Part shown: piece after piece, positions 36,936 through 47,252 of the stretch
Position numbering within the stretch: position 1 is the first letter of the stretch
Layout: each line of letters begins with the position of its first letter
From: a phage
Reading direction: 5' to 3' (one strand)
DNA: 64,000 bases
Sequence record: PX994957.1
Notes under the pieces: generated by a model
Database searches by the model: none
Seen by the model: only the letters and a program-made list of their open reading frames with translations
What the model was told of the DNA's origin: nothing
Position numbers and translations under genes: made by a program

Positions 36936-38501
36936 ATGACTATCAAAACTAAAGCTGAACTTTTGAACAAATGGAAGCCATTACTGGAAGGTGAAGGTTT
37001 ACCGGAAATTGCTAATAGCAAACAAGCGATTATCGCTAAAATCTTTGAAAACCAGGAAAAAGATTTCCAGACAGCTCCGGAATATAAAGACGAAAAAATC
37101 GCCCAGGCATTTGGTTCTTTCTTAACAGAAGCTGAAATCGGTGGTGACCACGGTTACAACGCTACTAACATTGCTGCTGGTCAGACTTCTGGCGCAGTAA
37201 CTCAGATTGGCCCAGCTGTTATGGGTATGGTACGTCGTGCTATTCCTAACCTGATTGCTTTCGATATTTGCGGTGTTCAGCCGATGAATAGCCCGACTGG
37301 CCAGGTATTCGCACTGCGTGCAGTATATGGTAAAGACCCAATCGCTGCTGATGCTAAAGAAGCATTCCACCCAATGTATGGTCCAGATGCAATGTTCTCT
37401 GGTCAGGGTGCTGCTAAGAAATTCCCAGCTCTGGCTGCTAGCACACAAACCAAAGTAGGTGATATCTATACTCACTTCTTCCAGGAAACTGGTACTGTAT
37501 ATCTGCAAGCTTCTGCTCAAGTAACAATTAGTTCTACTGCAGATGATGCAGCTAAATTAGATGCTGAAATTAAGAAACAAATGGAAGCTGGCGCATTGGT
37601 AGAAATCGCTGAAGGTATGGCTACTTCTATCGCTGAACTTCAGGAAGGTTTCAACGGTTCTACCGATAACCCATGGAATGAAATGGGCTTCCGTATCGAT
37701 AAACAAGTTATCGAAGCTAAATCTCGTCAGCTGAAAGCTGCTTACTCTATCGAATTAGCACAAGACCTCCGCGCTGTTCACGGTATGGATGCTGATGCTG
37801 AACTGTCTGGTATTCTGGCTACCGAAATCATGTTGGAAATCAACCGTGAAGTTGTTGATTGGATTAACTACTCAGCTCAGGTTGGTAAATCTGGTATGAC
37901 CCTGACTCCGGGTTCTAAAGCTGGTGTATTTGACTTCCAGGATCCGATTGATATTCGTGGTGCTCGCTGGGCGGGTGAATCCTTTAAAGCTCTGTTGTTC
38001 CAGATTGACAAAGAAGCAGTTGAAATTGCTCGTCAGACCGGTCGTGGTGAAGGTAACTTCATTATCGCTTCCCGTAACGTAGTTAACGTTCTGGCTTCAG
38101 TTGATACTGGCATTTCTTATGCTGCACAGGGTCTGGCGACCGGCTTTAACACTGATACTACCAAGTCAGTATTTGCTGGTGTTCTGGGTGGTAAATACCG
38201 TGTATATATCGACCAGTATGCTAAACAGGATTATTTCACTGTAGGTTATAAAGGTCCGAACGAAATGGATGCTGGTATTTACTACGCTCCATATGTAGCT
38301 CTGACTCCACTACGTGGTTCTGATCCGAAGAACTTCCAACCAGTAATGGGATTCAAAACTCGTTACGGTATCGGTATCAACCCATTTGCAGAATCCGCTG
38401 CTCAGGCTCCGGCTTCTCGCATTCAGAGTGGTATGCCTTCTATCCTGAACAGCCTTGGTAAGAACGCTTACTTCCGCCGTGTATATGTTAAAGGTATCTA
38501 A
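36936..38501 (+). CDS. 23: gp23 major capsid protein
   Basis: 521 aa; sequence recognised as T4 gp23 (MTIKTKAELLNKWKPLLEGEG...). Confidence 0.97.
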   Translation: MTIKTKAELLNKWKPLLEGEGLPEIANSKQAIIAKIFENQEKDFQTAPEYKDEKIAQAFGSFLTEAEIGGDHGYNATNIAAGQTSGAVTQIGPAVMGMVRRAIPNLIAFDICGVQPMNSPTGQVFALRAVYGKDPIAADAKEAFHPMYGPDAMFSGQGAAKKFPALAASTQTKVGDIYTHFFQETGTVYLQASAQVTISSTADDAAKLDAEIKKQMEAGALVEIAEGMATSIAELQEGFNGSTDNPWNEMGFRIDKQVIEAKSRQLKAAYSIELAQDLRAVHGMDADAELSGILATEIMLEINREVVDWINYSAQVGKSGMTLTPGSKAGVFDFQDPIDIRGARWAGESFKALLFQIDKEAVEIARQTGRGEGNFIIASRNVVNVLASVDTGISYAAQGLATGFNTDTTKSVFAGVLGGKYRVYIDQYAKQDYFTVGYKGPNEMDAGIYYAPYVALTPLRGSDPKNFQPVMGFKTRYGIGINPFAESAAQAPASRIQSGMPSILNSLGKNAYFRRVYVKGI

Positions 38502-38516
38502 TCTTTGACGATTTAA

Positions 38517-38546
38517 GGGACCTTCGGGTCCCTTTAGTTGTTTTTA
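38517..38546 (+). terminator. rho-independent terminator after gene 23
   Basis: hairpin gggacc-ttcg-ggtccc followed by T-rich tract. Confidence 0.7.
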
Positions 38547-38549
38547 TGG

Positions 38550-38557
38550 TATAAATA
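38550..38557 (+). promoter_or_regulatory. T4 late promoter TATAAATA
   Basis: TATAAATA 28 nt upstream of gene 24. Confidence 0.7.
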
Positions 38558-38584
38558 AATCATATAAACTGAAAGGAAAGCGCA

Positions 38585-39868
38585 ATGGCTAAAATCAACG
38601 AACTTCTGCGCGAATCAACCACAACGAATAGCAACTCAATCGGTCGCCCAAATCTCGTTGCTTTGACTCGCGCTACCACTAAATTAATATATTCTGACAT
38701 TGTAGCAACGCAAAGAACTAATCAACCTGTTGCTGCTTTTTATGGTATCAAATACCTTAACCCAGACAATGAATTTACATTTAAAACTGGTGCTACTTAT
38801 GCTGGCGAAGCTGGATATGTAGACCGAGAACAAATCACAGAATTAACGGAAGAGTCTAAATTAACTCTTAATAAAGGCGATTTATTCAAATATAATAATA
38901 TCGTTTATAAAGTATTAGAAGATACACCATTTGCTGATATTGAAGAAAGCGATTTAGAATTAGCTCTTCAGATTGCAATTGTTCTTTTAAAGGTTCGTCT
39001 ATTTTCTGACGCAGCGTCAACAAGCAAATTTGAAAGCTCTGATAGTGAAATTGCGGATGCTAGATTCCAGATTAATAAATGGCAAACCGCAGTTAAATCT
39101 CGTAAACTTAAAACTGGCATCACAGTCGAATTAGCACAAGATTTAGAAGCAAATGGATTTGATGCTCCTAATTTCTTGGAAGATTTGCTTGCAACTGAAA
39201 TGGCAGATGAAATCAATAAAGATATTCTACAGTCTTTGATTACAGTATCAAAACGTTATAAAGTTACAGGAATTACTGATACTGGATTCATTGATTTGAG
39301 TTATGCATCTGCACCTGAAGCTGGTCGTTCATTATACCGAATGGTATGTGAAATGGTTTCGCATATCCAAAAAGAATCAACTTATACAGCAACGTTTTGT
39401 GTTGCTTCAGCTCGTGCCGCTGCGATTCTTGCTGCATCTGGTTGGTTAAAACATAAACCAGAAGATGATAAATATCTTTCACAAAATGCCTACGGGTTCT
39501 TAGCTAATGGTTTACCGCTTTATTGCGATACTAACAGCCCATTAGATTATGTAATCGTTGGCGTAGTAGAAAATATCGGTGAAAAAGAAATTGTTGGATC
39601 AATTTTCTATGCTCCGTATACAGAAGGTCTCGACTTAGATGACCCTGAACATGTGGGTGCATTTAAAGTTGTTGTTGATCCAGAAAGCTTACAACCGTCT
39701 ATCGGTTTATTAGTTAGATATGCTTTATCTGCAAATCCTTATACCGTAGCAAAAGATGAAAAAGAAGCAAGAGTAATTGATGGTGGAGACATGGATAAAA
39801 TGGCGGGTCGTTCAGATTTGTCTGTTTTATTAGGTGTTAAATTACCAAAAATTATTATCGATGAATAA
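38585..39868 (+). CDS. 24: gp24 head vertex protein
   Basis: 427 aa, gp23-like fold paralog, synteny. Confidence 0.95.
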   Translation: MAKINELLRESTTTNSNSIGRPNLVALTRATTKLIYSDIVATQRTNQPVAAFYGIKYLNPDNEFTFKTGATYAGEAGYVDREQITELTEESKLTLNKGDLFKYNNIVYKVLEDTPFADIEESDLELALQIAIVLLKVRLFSDAASTSKFESSDSEIADARFQINKWQTAVKSRKLKTGITVELAQDLEANGFDAPNFLEDLLATEMADEINKDILQSLITVSKRYKVTGITDTGFIDLSYASAPEAGRSLYRMVCEMVSHIQKESTYTATFCVASARAAAILAASGWLKHKPEDDKYLSQNAYGFLANGLPLYCDTNSPLDYVIVGVVENIGEKEIVGSIFYAPYTEGLDLDDPEHVGAFKVVVDPESLQPSIGLLVRYALSANPYTVAKDEKEARVIDGGDMDKMAGRSDLSVLLGVKLPKIIIDE

Positions 39869-39870
39869 AA

Positions 39871-39897
39871 CAAAGGGACCTTTCGGTCCCTTTTTAT
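39871..39897. terminator. bidirectional terminator between convergent genes 24 and rnlB
   Basis: hairpin gggacc-tttc-ggtccc flanked by A-run and T-run. Confidence 0.75.
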
Positions 39898-40902
39898 TTA
39901 GCTCACCAACTCAATCCAAGCTGGACGAAGTACATCTTGCACCATTTTAACTAATTCCTTTTTAATCAAAGAAGGATTATCTGCTTGAGTTAGAGTAATA
40001 CCTTCACGAGAAGTTTCTTCCAAAATATCTTGGACAGTTAGCCCCATCACCTTTCCAAAATCCTTTGGACCAATTTCGCCAATTTTAGAAATAACGTTAT
40101 TTACTCGGTTCAGTGTAACGTAACAAGCTAAAATTCCCACCAATTTGTTATCAGCTTCTGACAATTCAACTTTAGCTTTAATAGGCTTATCAGACTTTTT
40201 CTTTTCACTAAATTTAGAATTCTTGCATTTGATGGCTACACGATTGCGATTAGGCAGCCAAGAAGGATAACAAGGTTTCAATACATATCCTTCAGCGGTA
40301 AATACTTCGCCTTTGGCTTCGGCATTCCAAACGCATTTATTTGCATCAACTAATCCAGCATGGTCTACTGTAAAATTATAATCTTGGACGACAGAATCTA
40401 AATCATTTGGCAATTTAATAAGCTCTTCAAATTTACCGCGACCTAAAAGTGGAGCCATTTTAAATTTAAATGTATTGCAGAATGATTCCATCATATAATC
40501 ATCGACATAAGTCACGTCACCACTTTCTGTAGTGACAATAATGTCAAATACATAGAAATCTTTATCACCATAATCAACATTCTTCTGAATGCCAGGTCCA
40601 GCGAATTCGCCAAAAACTTGATAAGTCACAACAGCTGAAGTTTCCATAATATCTTGTACTGCTTTAATGGAATCAGCGTAATTCTTTAGAATAATTTCAT
40701 ACCCAAAGAAATCTTCAGCAGGAAGAATCGGTCCAGTACGTTTAGCGCAAGTTACTTTATCACGCTCAATAATCAATGAGAAATTTGTGCCGTGAATCTT
40801 TTCACGAGCTACCCATTCGCCGCCAGTCAATCCCAAGCTATAAAGTTTTTCAATAAATTTAGAGTTGTAATGATTTTCAAGACTGCTATACTTTTTAAAC
40901 AT
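39898..40902 (-). CDS. rnlB: RNA ligase 2 (RnlB)
   Basis: 334 aa; nucleotidyltransferase motif I KIHGTN (lysine adenylation site). Confidence 0.95.
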   Translation of the reverse strand: MFKKYSSLENHYNSKFIEKLYSLGLTGGEWVAREKIHGTNFSLIIERDKVTCAKRTGPILPAEDFFGYEIILKNYADSIKAVQDIMETSAVVTYQVFGEFAGPGIQKNVDYGDKDFYVFDIIVTTESGDVTYVDDYMMESFCNTFKFKMAPLLGRGKFEELIKLPNDLDSVVQDYNFTVDHAGLVDANKCVWNAEAKGEVFTAEGYVLKPCYPSWLPNRNRVAIKCKNSKFSEKKKSDKPIKAKVELSEADNKLVGILACYVTLNRVNNVISKIGEIGPKDFGKVMGLTVQDILEETSREGITLTQADNPSLIKKELVKMVQDVLRPAWIELVS

Positions 40903-40911
40903 AATTAATCC

Positions 40912-41190
40912 TCAAAATGTAATTTCTAACCAATCACCATCACGCTGATCACTATTGACTTTAAAATTAAATCCTTCTTTTCTCAGCCAATCACCAATTT
41001 CTTCAGTAATCAATTTATCACGAGCAGTACAATAATAACTAAAATATGTTTTACCTTGTTCAGCTGCTTTATTAGCAAGTTCTGAAAAATCTTTAATAAA
41101 ACACTCTAGCTTAAACTGTTTACTTTTTAATGCTTTTTCACGTAATTGATTAGCAAAAGATTCATTTTCATAAAGATCATACTGTTCCAT
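40912..41190 (-). CDS. hypothetical protein (24.2-like)
   Basis: 92 aa ORF, synteny. Confidence 0.6.
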   Translation of the reverse strand: MEQYDLYENESFANQLREKALKSKQFKLECFIKDFSELANKAAEQGKTYFSYYCTARDKLITEEIGDWLRKEGFNFKVNSDQRDGDWLEITF

Positions 41191-41392
41191 TTTTCACCTT
41201 TTTATTAATGTGTCTTTTTCTATAGACAACTTTTTCTCGAGTCTCAAATTTATTCTTTGCAGTCATAGCTCGAGCCCATAATACAGCCACTTCTTTCGCC
41301 TGTAAGTTTAATTCACGAGCAATTTCAATGAATGACTTTCCAGACTCATGAAGCGTAAACACCACAACTTCAGTTCTCATAATCAATCTCAT
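41177..41392 (-). CDS. hypothetical protein (24.3-like)
   Basis: 71 aa ORF, synteny. Confidence 0.55.
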   Translation of the reverse strand: MRLIMRTEVVVFTLHESGKSFIEIARELNLQAKEVAVLWARAMTAKNKFETREKVVYRKRHINKKVKNGTV

Positions 41393-41455
41393 GTTATCGA
41401 GTTGGTGCCATTATATACATCATTTTCTGATTGTGTTTTGTGTGCTTTCAAAATG

Positions 41456-41479
41456 AAAAAAGGGGCCGAAGCCCCTTTC
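41456..41479. terminator. bidirectional hairpin terminator (ggggccgaagcccc)
   Basis: 14-nt GC hairpin flanked by A6 and T3; downstream of hoc on minus strand. Confidence 0.6.
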
Positions 41480-41481
41480 GA

Positions 41482-42612
41482 TTATGGATAAGTATAGATG
41501 ATACCAGTTTCTAAAGCAGTTTTATGGATGATGTATCCATTACGTGATTCTTGAACATCAACTTCTGGATAATCTTTCATCATCTTCTGAAGCGTATAAC
41601 GATGCAAGTAGTACTTACTATCTGGATCATCAGTTTTCCAATCTTTACCTTCTTCTGTCATTTTTTGGATTTCATCCATAACCCACCAACCGCACCAGAT
41701 GTAAGCTGAAGTACGGTGTGGAAGAGGATGAACATAAGGCAATTCACCTTCTGGTTCCGGAGCAACTTTATCAGTTACCTGAACTTGACCTTCTGCTGTA
41801 ATAGTTTTGCTATCATAATCAGTTGCAGTAACAGTTGCAGTAACTTCAATAGTTTGACTTCCAATAGATGAGGTATCAACGGTATATACATTAGTTGACC
41901 CTTCTGCAGGAGAAGAATCTTTCTTCCATGAATATTCAATTTGCGCTTCTTCTGGAGCACCAGTGACATTAGCGGTAAATGTAGCTGAAGCATCTTGCTG
42001 AACGTTAATAGAAGGAGGAGTCAATGTAACCTGTGGATTCATTGTCTTCTTATTAACTGTTAATGATACTTCATTAGAAGTAACGGTTTTTTCATCATAA
42101 TTTGTCGCGGTTACTTGAGCTACACACTTGATTTTTTTAACTCCGCTGGCGGCAGGAGTGTAATTAAATGTAGCAGAAGTCGCTTCGTCTACAGGAGAAT
42201 CGTCAACGTGCCATTGATACGTAGCAGATGCACCTGATGGCTGCGAAGCTAAGGCAGCAGTAAATTTAACAGCTGTTCCGATTACTCCAGCAGCGGGACT
42301 ATTGGGAGTTACTGCCAATGTAGTTGTCTGAGTTTTGTTTTTGACTGTGATAGTTGTAGTAGCTTCTGCTGTTTCAGCTTCAGATTCTGGAACTGTATTT
42401 GTTGCAACAACTTTAATAGTCTTTTGACCAGCAGGACCTTTTAATACATAATCAAAAGTTGCTTCAGACCCATCTTGTGGAGCATTATCTACACTCCAAG
42501 CATAAGTAATAGTTCCACCTCCAGTTTCACCACTGGGTGCAGCAGTAAACTGCTTGGTTTCATCAATAACCCCTGTCGGTGTTTTAGGAGTTATATCAAC
42601 TGTAAAAGCCAT
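41482..42612 (-). CDS. hoc: Hoc, highly immunogenic outer capsid protein (Ig-like domains)
   Basis: 376 aa; repeated Ig-like domain sequence; conserved C-terminal capsid-binding region. Confidence 0.95.
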   Translation of the reverse strand: MAFTVDITPKTPTGVIDETKQFTAAPSGETGGGTITYAWSVDNAPQDGSEATFDYVLKGPAGQKTIKVVATNTVPESEAETAEATTTITVKNKTQTTTLAVTPNSPAAGVIGTAVKFTAALASQPSGASATYQWHVDDSPVDEATSATFNYTPAASGVKKIKCVAQVTATNYDEKTVTSNEVSLTVNKKTMNPQVTLTPPSINVQQDASATFTANVTGAPEEAQIEYSWKKDSSPAEGSTNVYTVDTSSIGSQTIEVTATVTATDYDSKTITAEGQVQVTDKVAPEPEGELPYVHPLPHRTSAYIWCGWWVMDEIQKMTEEGKDWKTDDPDSKYYLHRYTLQKMMKDYPEVDVQESRNGYIIHKTALETGIIYTYP

Positions 42613-42621
42613 AAGTTATCC

Positions 42622-43302
42622 TTATTTTAATGTTACGAAAGAAGAATTGCGTGTTTCACGAATTAAAACTGATCCGTCGCGATTAATGTAATAAATTAAG
42701 CTAAACAAAGTTTGGTGTGCTGACGCGTGCTCAAAACTAGTTGGATGAGATTTCCAATCAGGAGTTTCAGCGATCCATTGATAAATCCACCAAGGAACCG
42801 TACAGAATCCTGGATTTTTTCCAATCAGCTGAAGATTCGGGCTAAAGTTTTCCGGAAGAGTAAATACAGACGGCTTTTCAGATTCAATAATCTCAGCTAC
42901 AGCTTGTTCGAATTTTTCTTCAACAAAAGGAGTATCTTCAATCAAAACATCAGTATTTTCAGGAATTTTATCCGTTTCTACCACTTCAATTTTAATATCA
43001 GATTTAACTGGAGAATCAATCAGAAGTGCTGCTTCTGGATTAACTTCTTCATCGTCATATTTTAATCCCTCTGCAGCATCAGCAGCATCAATTAAGTCTT
43101 TAATAGATAACCCATCAGTCTCTGGCATAGGTTCACTAGCGAGCTTCTGGAGGGCTTCTTCAATATCAGCAACGATATTATCAAAAGATTTATTCTTTTT
43201 GACCTTTATACCAAACTGTTCAGCATATTCAGCTAATTTAGCTTTAGCTTCTTTATTATCATCAAGAGCCTTCAGCTCTGCAATATAATCTTTATCTATC
43301 AT
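42622..43302 (-). CDS. inh: Inh, inhibitor of prohead protease
   Basis: 226 aa, synteny directly upstream of hoc. Confidence 0.8.
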   Translation of the reverse strand: MIDKDYIAELKALDDNKEAKAKLAEYAEQFGIKVKKNKSFDNIVADIEEALQKLASEPMPETDGLSIKDLIDAADAAEGLKYDDEEVNPEAALLIDSPVKSDIKIEVVETDKIPENTDVLIEDTPFVEEKFEQAVAEIIESEKPSVFTLPENFSPNLQLIGKNPGFCTVPWWIYQWIAETPDWKSHPTSFEHASAHQTLFSLIYYINRDGSVLIRETRNSSFVTLK

Positions 43303-43317
43303 AATATTTCCTCAGTA

Positions 43318-43325
43318 TAAATATA
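43318..43325 (+). promoter_or_regulatory. T4 late promoter TATAAATA
   Basis: TATAAATA 28 nt upstream of uvsW. Confidence 0.65.
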
Positions 43326-43352
43326 GATATATTTATTACATGGTATTTAGAC

Positions 43353-44864
43353 ATGACTGACATTAAAGTACATTTTTATGATTTTAGTCACGTGAGAATT
43401 GATTGTGAAGAAAGTACATTTCATGAACTCCGTGATTTCTTTAGCTTTGAAGCTGATGGGTATCGTTTTAATCCGAAATACAAATATGGCCACTGGGATG
43501 GACGAATCCGTCTTTTAGATTATAATCGTCTTCTTCCATTCGGCTTAGTCGGGCAAATTAAAAAGTTCTGTGATAACTTTGGCTATAAAGCCTGGATTGA
43601 CCCACAAATTAACGAAAAAGAAGAATTATCAAGAAAAGATTTTGATGAATGGCTTTCTAAATTAGAAATCTATTCAGGAAATAAAAGAATTGAACCACAC
43701 TGGTATCAAAAAGATGCAGTGTTCGAAGGATTAGTTAATCGTCGTAGAATTCTTAATCTTCCAACATCCGCTGGTAAATCGTTAATTCAAGCTTTACTCG
43801 CTCGGTATTATTTGGAAAATTACGAAGGTAAAATTCTTATCATTGTTCCAACAACTGCTCTAACAACTCAGATGGCTGATGACTTCGTTGACTATCGTTT
43901 ATTCAGTCATGCAATGATAAAGAAAATTGGTGGCGGAGCATCAAAAGATGATAAATATAAAAATGACGCACCAGTCGTTGTTGGTACATGGCAAACTGTA
44001 GTTAAACAACCGAAAGAATGGTTCTCACAGTTTGGAATGATGATGAATGATGAATGCCATCTTGCTACAGGAAAAAGTATTTCATCTATCATATCAGGTT
44101 TAAATAACTGTATGTTTAAATTTGGTCTATCAGGTTCATTACGTGATGGCAAAGCCAATATCATGCAGTATGTTGGAATGTTCGGTGAAATATTTAAGCC
44201 AGTAACGACTTCTAAATTAATGGAAGATGGACAAGTAACTGAGCTAAAAATTAATAGTATTTTTCTTCGCTATCCCGATGAGTTCACTACTAAATTAAAG
44301 GGAAAAACTTATCAAGAAGAAATAAAAATTATTACTGGGCTTAGTAAAAGAAATAAATGGATTGCTAAATTAGCTATTAAGCTTGCGCAAAAAGATGAAA
44401 ACGCTTTTGTCATGTTTAAACATGTATCACATGGTAAAGCTATTTTCGATTTAATTAAAAATGAATACGATAAAGTTTATTACGTATCAGGGGAAGTTGA
44501 TACCGAAACCCGCAATATAATGAAAACCTTAGCTGAAAATGGTAAAGGAATAATTATAGTAGCTAGTTATGGTGTATTTTCTACTGGTATTTCAGTTAAA
44601 AATCTGCACCACGTTGTTTTAGCACACGGTGTTAAATCAAAAATCATTGTATTACAAACAATCGGTCGTGTATTACGTAAGCATGGTTCTAAGACAATAG
44701 CAACAGTCTGGGACCTCATAGATGATTGTGGTGTTAAGCCAAAATCTGCTAATACGAAAAAGAAATATGTTCATTTGAACTATCTTTTAAAACACGGCAT
44801 TGATCGTATTCAGCGCTACGCAGATGAAAAATTTAATTACGTAATGAAAACAGTTAATTTATAA
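43353..44864 (+). CDS. uvsW: UvsW SF2 helicase
   Basis: 503 aa; Walker A LPTSAGKS, DEAH-like motif DECH. Confidence 0.95.
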   Translation: MTDIKVHFYDFSHVRIDCEESTFHELRDFFSFEADGYRFNPKYKYGHWDGRIRLLDYNRLLPFGLVGQIKKFCDNFGYKAWIDPQINEKEELSRKDFDEWLSKLEIYSGNKRIEPHWYQKDAVFEGLVNRRRILNLPTSAGKSLIQALLARYYLENYEGKILIIVPTTALTTQMADDFVDYRLFSHAMIKKIGGGASKDDKYKNDAPVVVGTWQTVVKQPKEWFSQFGMMMNDECHLATGKSISSIISGLNNCMFKFGLSGSLRDGKANIMQYVGMFGEIFKPVTTSKLMEDGQVTELKINSIFLRYPDEFTTKLKGKTYQEEIKIITGLSKRNKWIAKLAIKLAQKDENAFVMFKHVSHGKAIFDLIKNEYDKVYYVSGEVDTETRNIMKTLAENGKGIIIVASYGVFSTGISVKNLHHVVLAHGVKSKIIVLQTIGRVLRKHGSKTIATVWDLIDDCGVKPKSANTKKKYVHLNYLLKHGIDRIQRYADEKFNYVMKTVNL

Positions 44865-44889
44865 GGGCTTCGGCCCTTTGGAGAAAAAG

Positions 44890-45123
44890 ATGTTACTAGA
44901 ATTTAAACAATTTCTTTATGAAGCTTCTATTGATGAATTTATGGGTAAAATTGCCTCTTGCCAAACGATAGAAGGTTTAGAAGAACTTGAAGCTTATTAT
45001 AAGAAAAGAGTTAAAGAAACTGAATTAAAAGATACTGATGACATCTCAGTCAGAGATGCTTTGGCAGGAAAAAGAGCTGAATTAGAAGATTCAGACGATG
45101 ATGAAGTAGAAGAAAGCTTTTAA
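44890..45123 (+). CDS. uvsW.1: UvsW.1 small acidic protein
   Basis: 77 aa from ATG 44890 with GGAG SD; track ORF starts at an upstream TTG. Confidence 0.7.
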   Translation: MLLEFKQFLYEASIDEFMGKIASCQTIEGLEELEAYYKKRVKETELKDTDDISVRDALAGKRAELEDSDDDEVEESF

Positions 45124-45179
45124 ATTAAAAAAGGCCCAACCAAAAAAGGAAGGGCCAAAACTATAGACTAAAGGTCACA

Positions 45180-45347
45180 CTATAGCAAAAGTTGTGTTTC
45201 ATTTAATTGTTCTTCCGAACTTTCTGAAACTGGTAGTTCTTTAATGTAATTATAGCAAGGCCCAGGATGTACAGGACCTTTGTCTGTTTCAACAACCAAT
45301 GCAGAATCGATTGGAGTTTTACAGACAACACAAATCTTATCTGACAT
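45180..45347 (-). CDS. small Cys-containing protein (uvsY.-2-like), not in ORF track
   Basis: 55 aa hand-translated MSDKICVVCKTPIDSALVVETDKGPVHPGPCYNY...; GAGGAG SD upstream. Confidence 0.45.
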   Translation of the reverse strand: MSDKICVVCKTPIDSALVVETDKGPVHPGPCYNYIKELPVSESSEEQLNETQLLL

Positions 45348-45470
45348 GATTGTCTCCTCTGAATTATATATCTATTTATAACCCCATCTTAAAGCGCATT
45401 TCTTGTACACGCTTTAAACATGCTTCCATTTCTGCTAAAAGTCTAAATACTTCTTTATAATTTATCATAT

Positions 45471-45698
45471 TTACCCCATATCTCTCATATGCATATCAAT
45501 GCCTATATCTTTAGAATAAAAATATTCATCAAGATATCCGGCAAATTTTCCTTTAATATAAAGGACATCTTCACCACACGGGTGGTCGGCCAGGATACGA
45601 ATATCCTGACGCTTAAGATTATGCTTTTTCATTAAGAATTGAATCTCAGTTTCAAATTCTTCTTCATAATTAAAAGCATCATCAATGTTATATCTCAT
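45471..45698 (-). CDS. hypothetical protein (uvsY.-1-like)
   Basis: 75 aa, synteny. Confidence 0.6.
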   Translation of the reverse strand: MRYNIDDAFNYEEEFETEIQFLMKKHNLKRQDIRILADHPCGEDVLYIKGKFAGYLDEYFYSKDIGIDMHMRDMG

Positions 45699-46111
45699 TA
45701 TTTTCCAGCCTCAAATGCCCGCATGTCTTGAATATGCTTAATAGCAAATCCACGTGATTTAATAGCATCAAGAGCTCCGCTACAGAAATCCAATAAAATT
45801 CCCCAATATTGTAATGAAGTATCAACCTTTAAAACATCCTTATCAGCTGATAGAACTGTTTTCATTTCTGATTTCTCGTAACGATCCATACTAAATTCAT
45901 CACCATCTCCTCGTCCCGAGTAGTAGTCTAATTTAGCTTTAAGAGCAACTTTTTTCTGTGCTTCAATTCTAAGCATTTCCTTTTTAATACTTGAATGCTT
46001 ATTAAGCCATTTACTATATAACATCACATTATTAGCTGCTTCATACTGTAATTTAGTCGAATCTATAAACACATCTTTCTTCAATTCTTCTTGAAGATCT
46101 TCTAATCTCAT
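45698..46111 (-). CDS. uvsY: UvsY recombination mediator
   Basis: 137 aa, synteny and size. Confidence 0.9.
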   Translation of the reverse strand: MRLEDLQEELKKDVFIDSTKLQYEAANNVMLYSKWLNKHSSIKKEMLRIEAQKKVALKAKLDYYSGRGDGDEFSMDRYEKSEMKTVLSADKDVLKVDTSLQYWGILLDFCSGALDAIKSRGFAIKHIQDMRAFEAGK

Positions 46112-46177
46112 ATTGTTCTCTATTCAATTGTTATTGGATGGACTTAGATTCATTATACCACGTTTATACGTGAAGCA

Positions 46178-46576
46178 TTATACTCTATTACTGGAAGCCA
46201 GTTGTAGTTTTATCTGCTCAATATCATCAGGGTTATCGATGACTGAAAAGCGTATTTCTACTATCAAAGTATAATCATCATAAACCGGTATTACATTAAC
46301 TGCTAATTTATCAATACGTGGCTCATAGTTTCTTACTGCGCTTTCGATATTACGCTCAACCGTGTCAGCAGTAAGAGGAGTCATATTCTCAAAAAGTTGG
46401 TCAGATAAATCGCATCCAAATTCAGGGTCAAACGGTCTTGAACCTTTTCTTGTTGTAATAATTCCTAAAAGACTATTTTTAATTGACCTTAATCCAAGTG
46501 ATCTTGAAACGTCTTTGTTCCAATCCATTTTCATCTCTGGGTCAATATCAGAATAAAGCTTATTAATATTTGCCAT
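46178..46576 (-). CDS. 25: gp25 baseplate wedge (lysozyme-like fold)
   Basis: 132 aa, synteny. Confidence 0.9.
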   Translation of the reverse strand: MANINKLYSDIDPEMKMDWNKDVSRSLGLRSIKNSLLGIITTRKGSRPFDPEFGCDLSDQLFENMTPLTADTVERNIESAVRNYEPRIDKLAVNVIPVYDDYTLIVEIRFSVIDNPDDIEQIKLQLASSNRV

Positions 46577-47202
46577 TACAATAGCTCAAAGAATTCTTTG
46601 AGTCCTCTTATTACATGAGCGTGGGTTTTTCCACACTCTGGACATTTAATTGGAACAGCCAAATAAACAGTAGGCTTTAAAAGCATATCTTTTATAGCTA
46701 CAATATCTGACTCTGTGATGATAGAATATAAATCTTCCAATTCTTTTTCATTTAAGTCTTCAACTGGAATGCTTTCACCGTTAGCATGAATCGTTTCTAT
46801 ACATGATACTATCATGTGGGCTATATTTTTATCATCAAAAATTTTAGGGTAATGGAATTTAATTTTAATGTCACCCAGTGTATACCAGAGGTCTTCTGGT
46901 GCATCTATTTGTGTATGTAATAGATTTATATGGGTTGGTATTTCAGTTCCACAGGTGCACTTCCAGGAGTTTTCGTGATTAACTTCTCCAAGAGAATGCG
47001 CCCATAAATGAATCAGTAATAGTTCTGATTCTTGGCGGTTTAAATCTTTTGCATTTGTGCAGTCTTTGATTAGCTTTTTAATAATTACTTCTACGGAACC
47101 ATTATTTTTGGCAGTAATAAGTTCTAGATATTCTTTAAGAGTAAATGCACGACAGTTGATTATTTTAGAACCAACTCTCACGTCAAATTTGTATTCATAC
47201 AT
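46576..47202 (-). CDS. 26: gp26 baseplate hub protein
   Basis: 208 aa, synteny. Confidence 0.85.
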   Translation of the reverse strand: MYEYKFDVRVGSKIINCRAFTLKEYLELITAKNNGSVEVIIKKLIKDCTNAKDLNRQESELLLIHLWAHSLGEVNHENSWKCTCGTEIPTHINLLHTQIDAPEDLWYTLGDIKIKFHYPKIFDDKNIAHMIVSCIETIHANGESIPVEDLNEKELEDLYSIITESDIVAIKDMLLKPTVYLAVPIKCPECGKTHAHVIRGLKEFFELL

Positions 47203-47228
47203 ATTTAGCTCCTTTATTTATCATATTT

Positions 47229-47236
47229 ATAAATAG
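47229..47236 (+). promoter_or_regulatory. T4 late promoter TATAAATA
   Basis: TATAAATA 17 nt upstream of gene 51. Confidence 0.65.
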
Positions 47237-47252
47237 AATAAAAGGAGCATCT

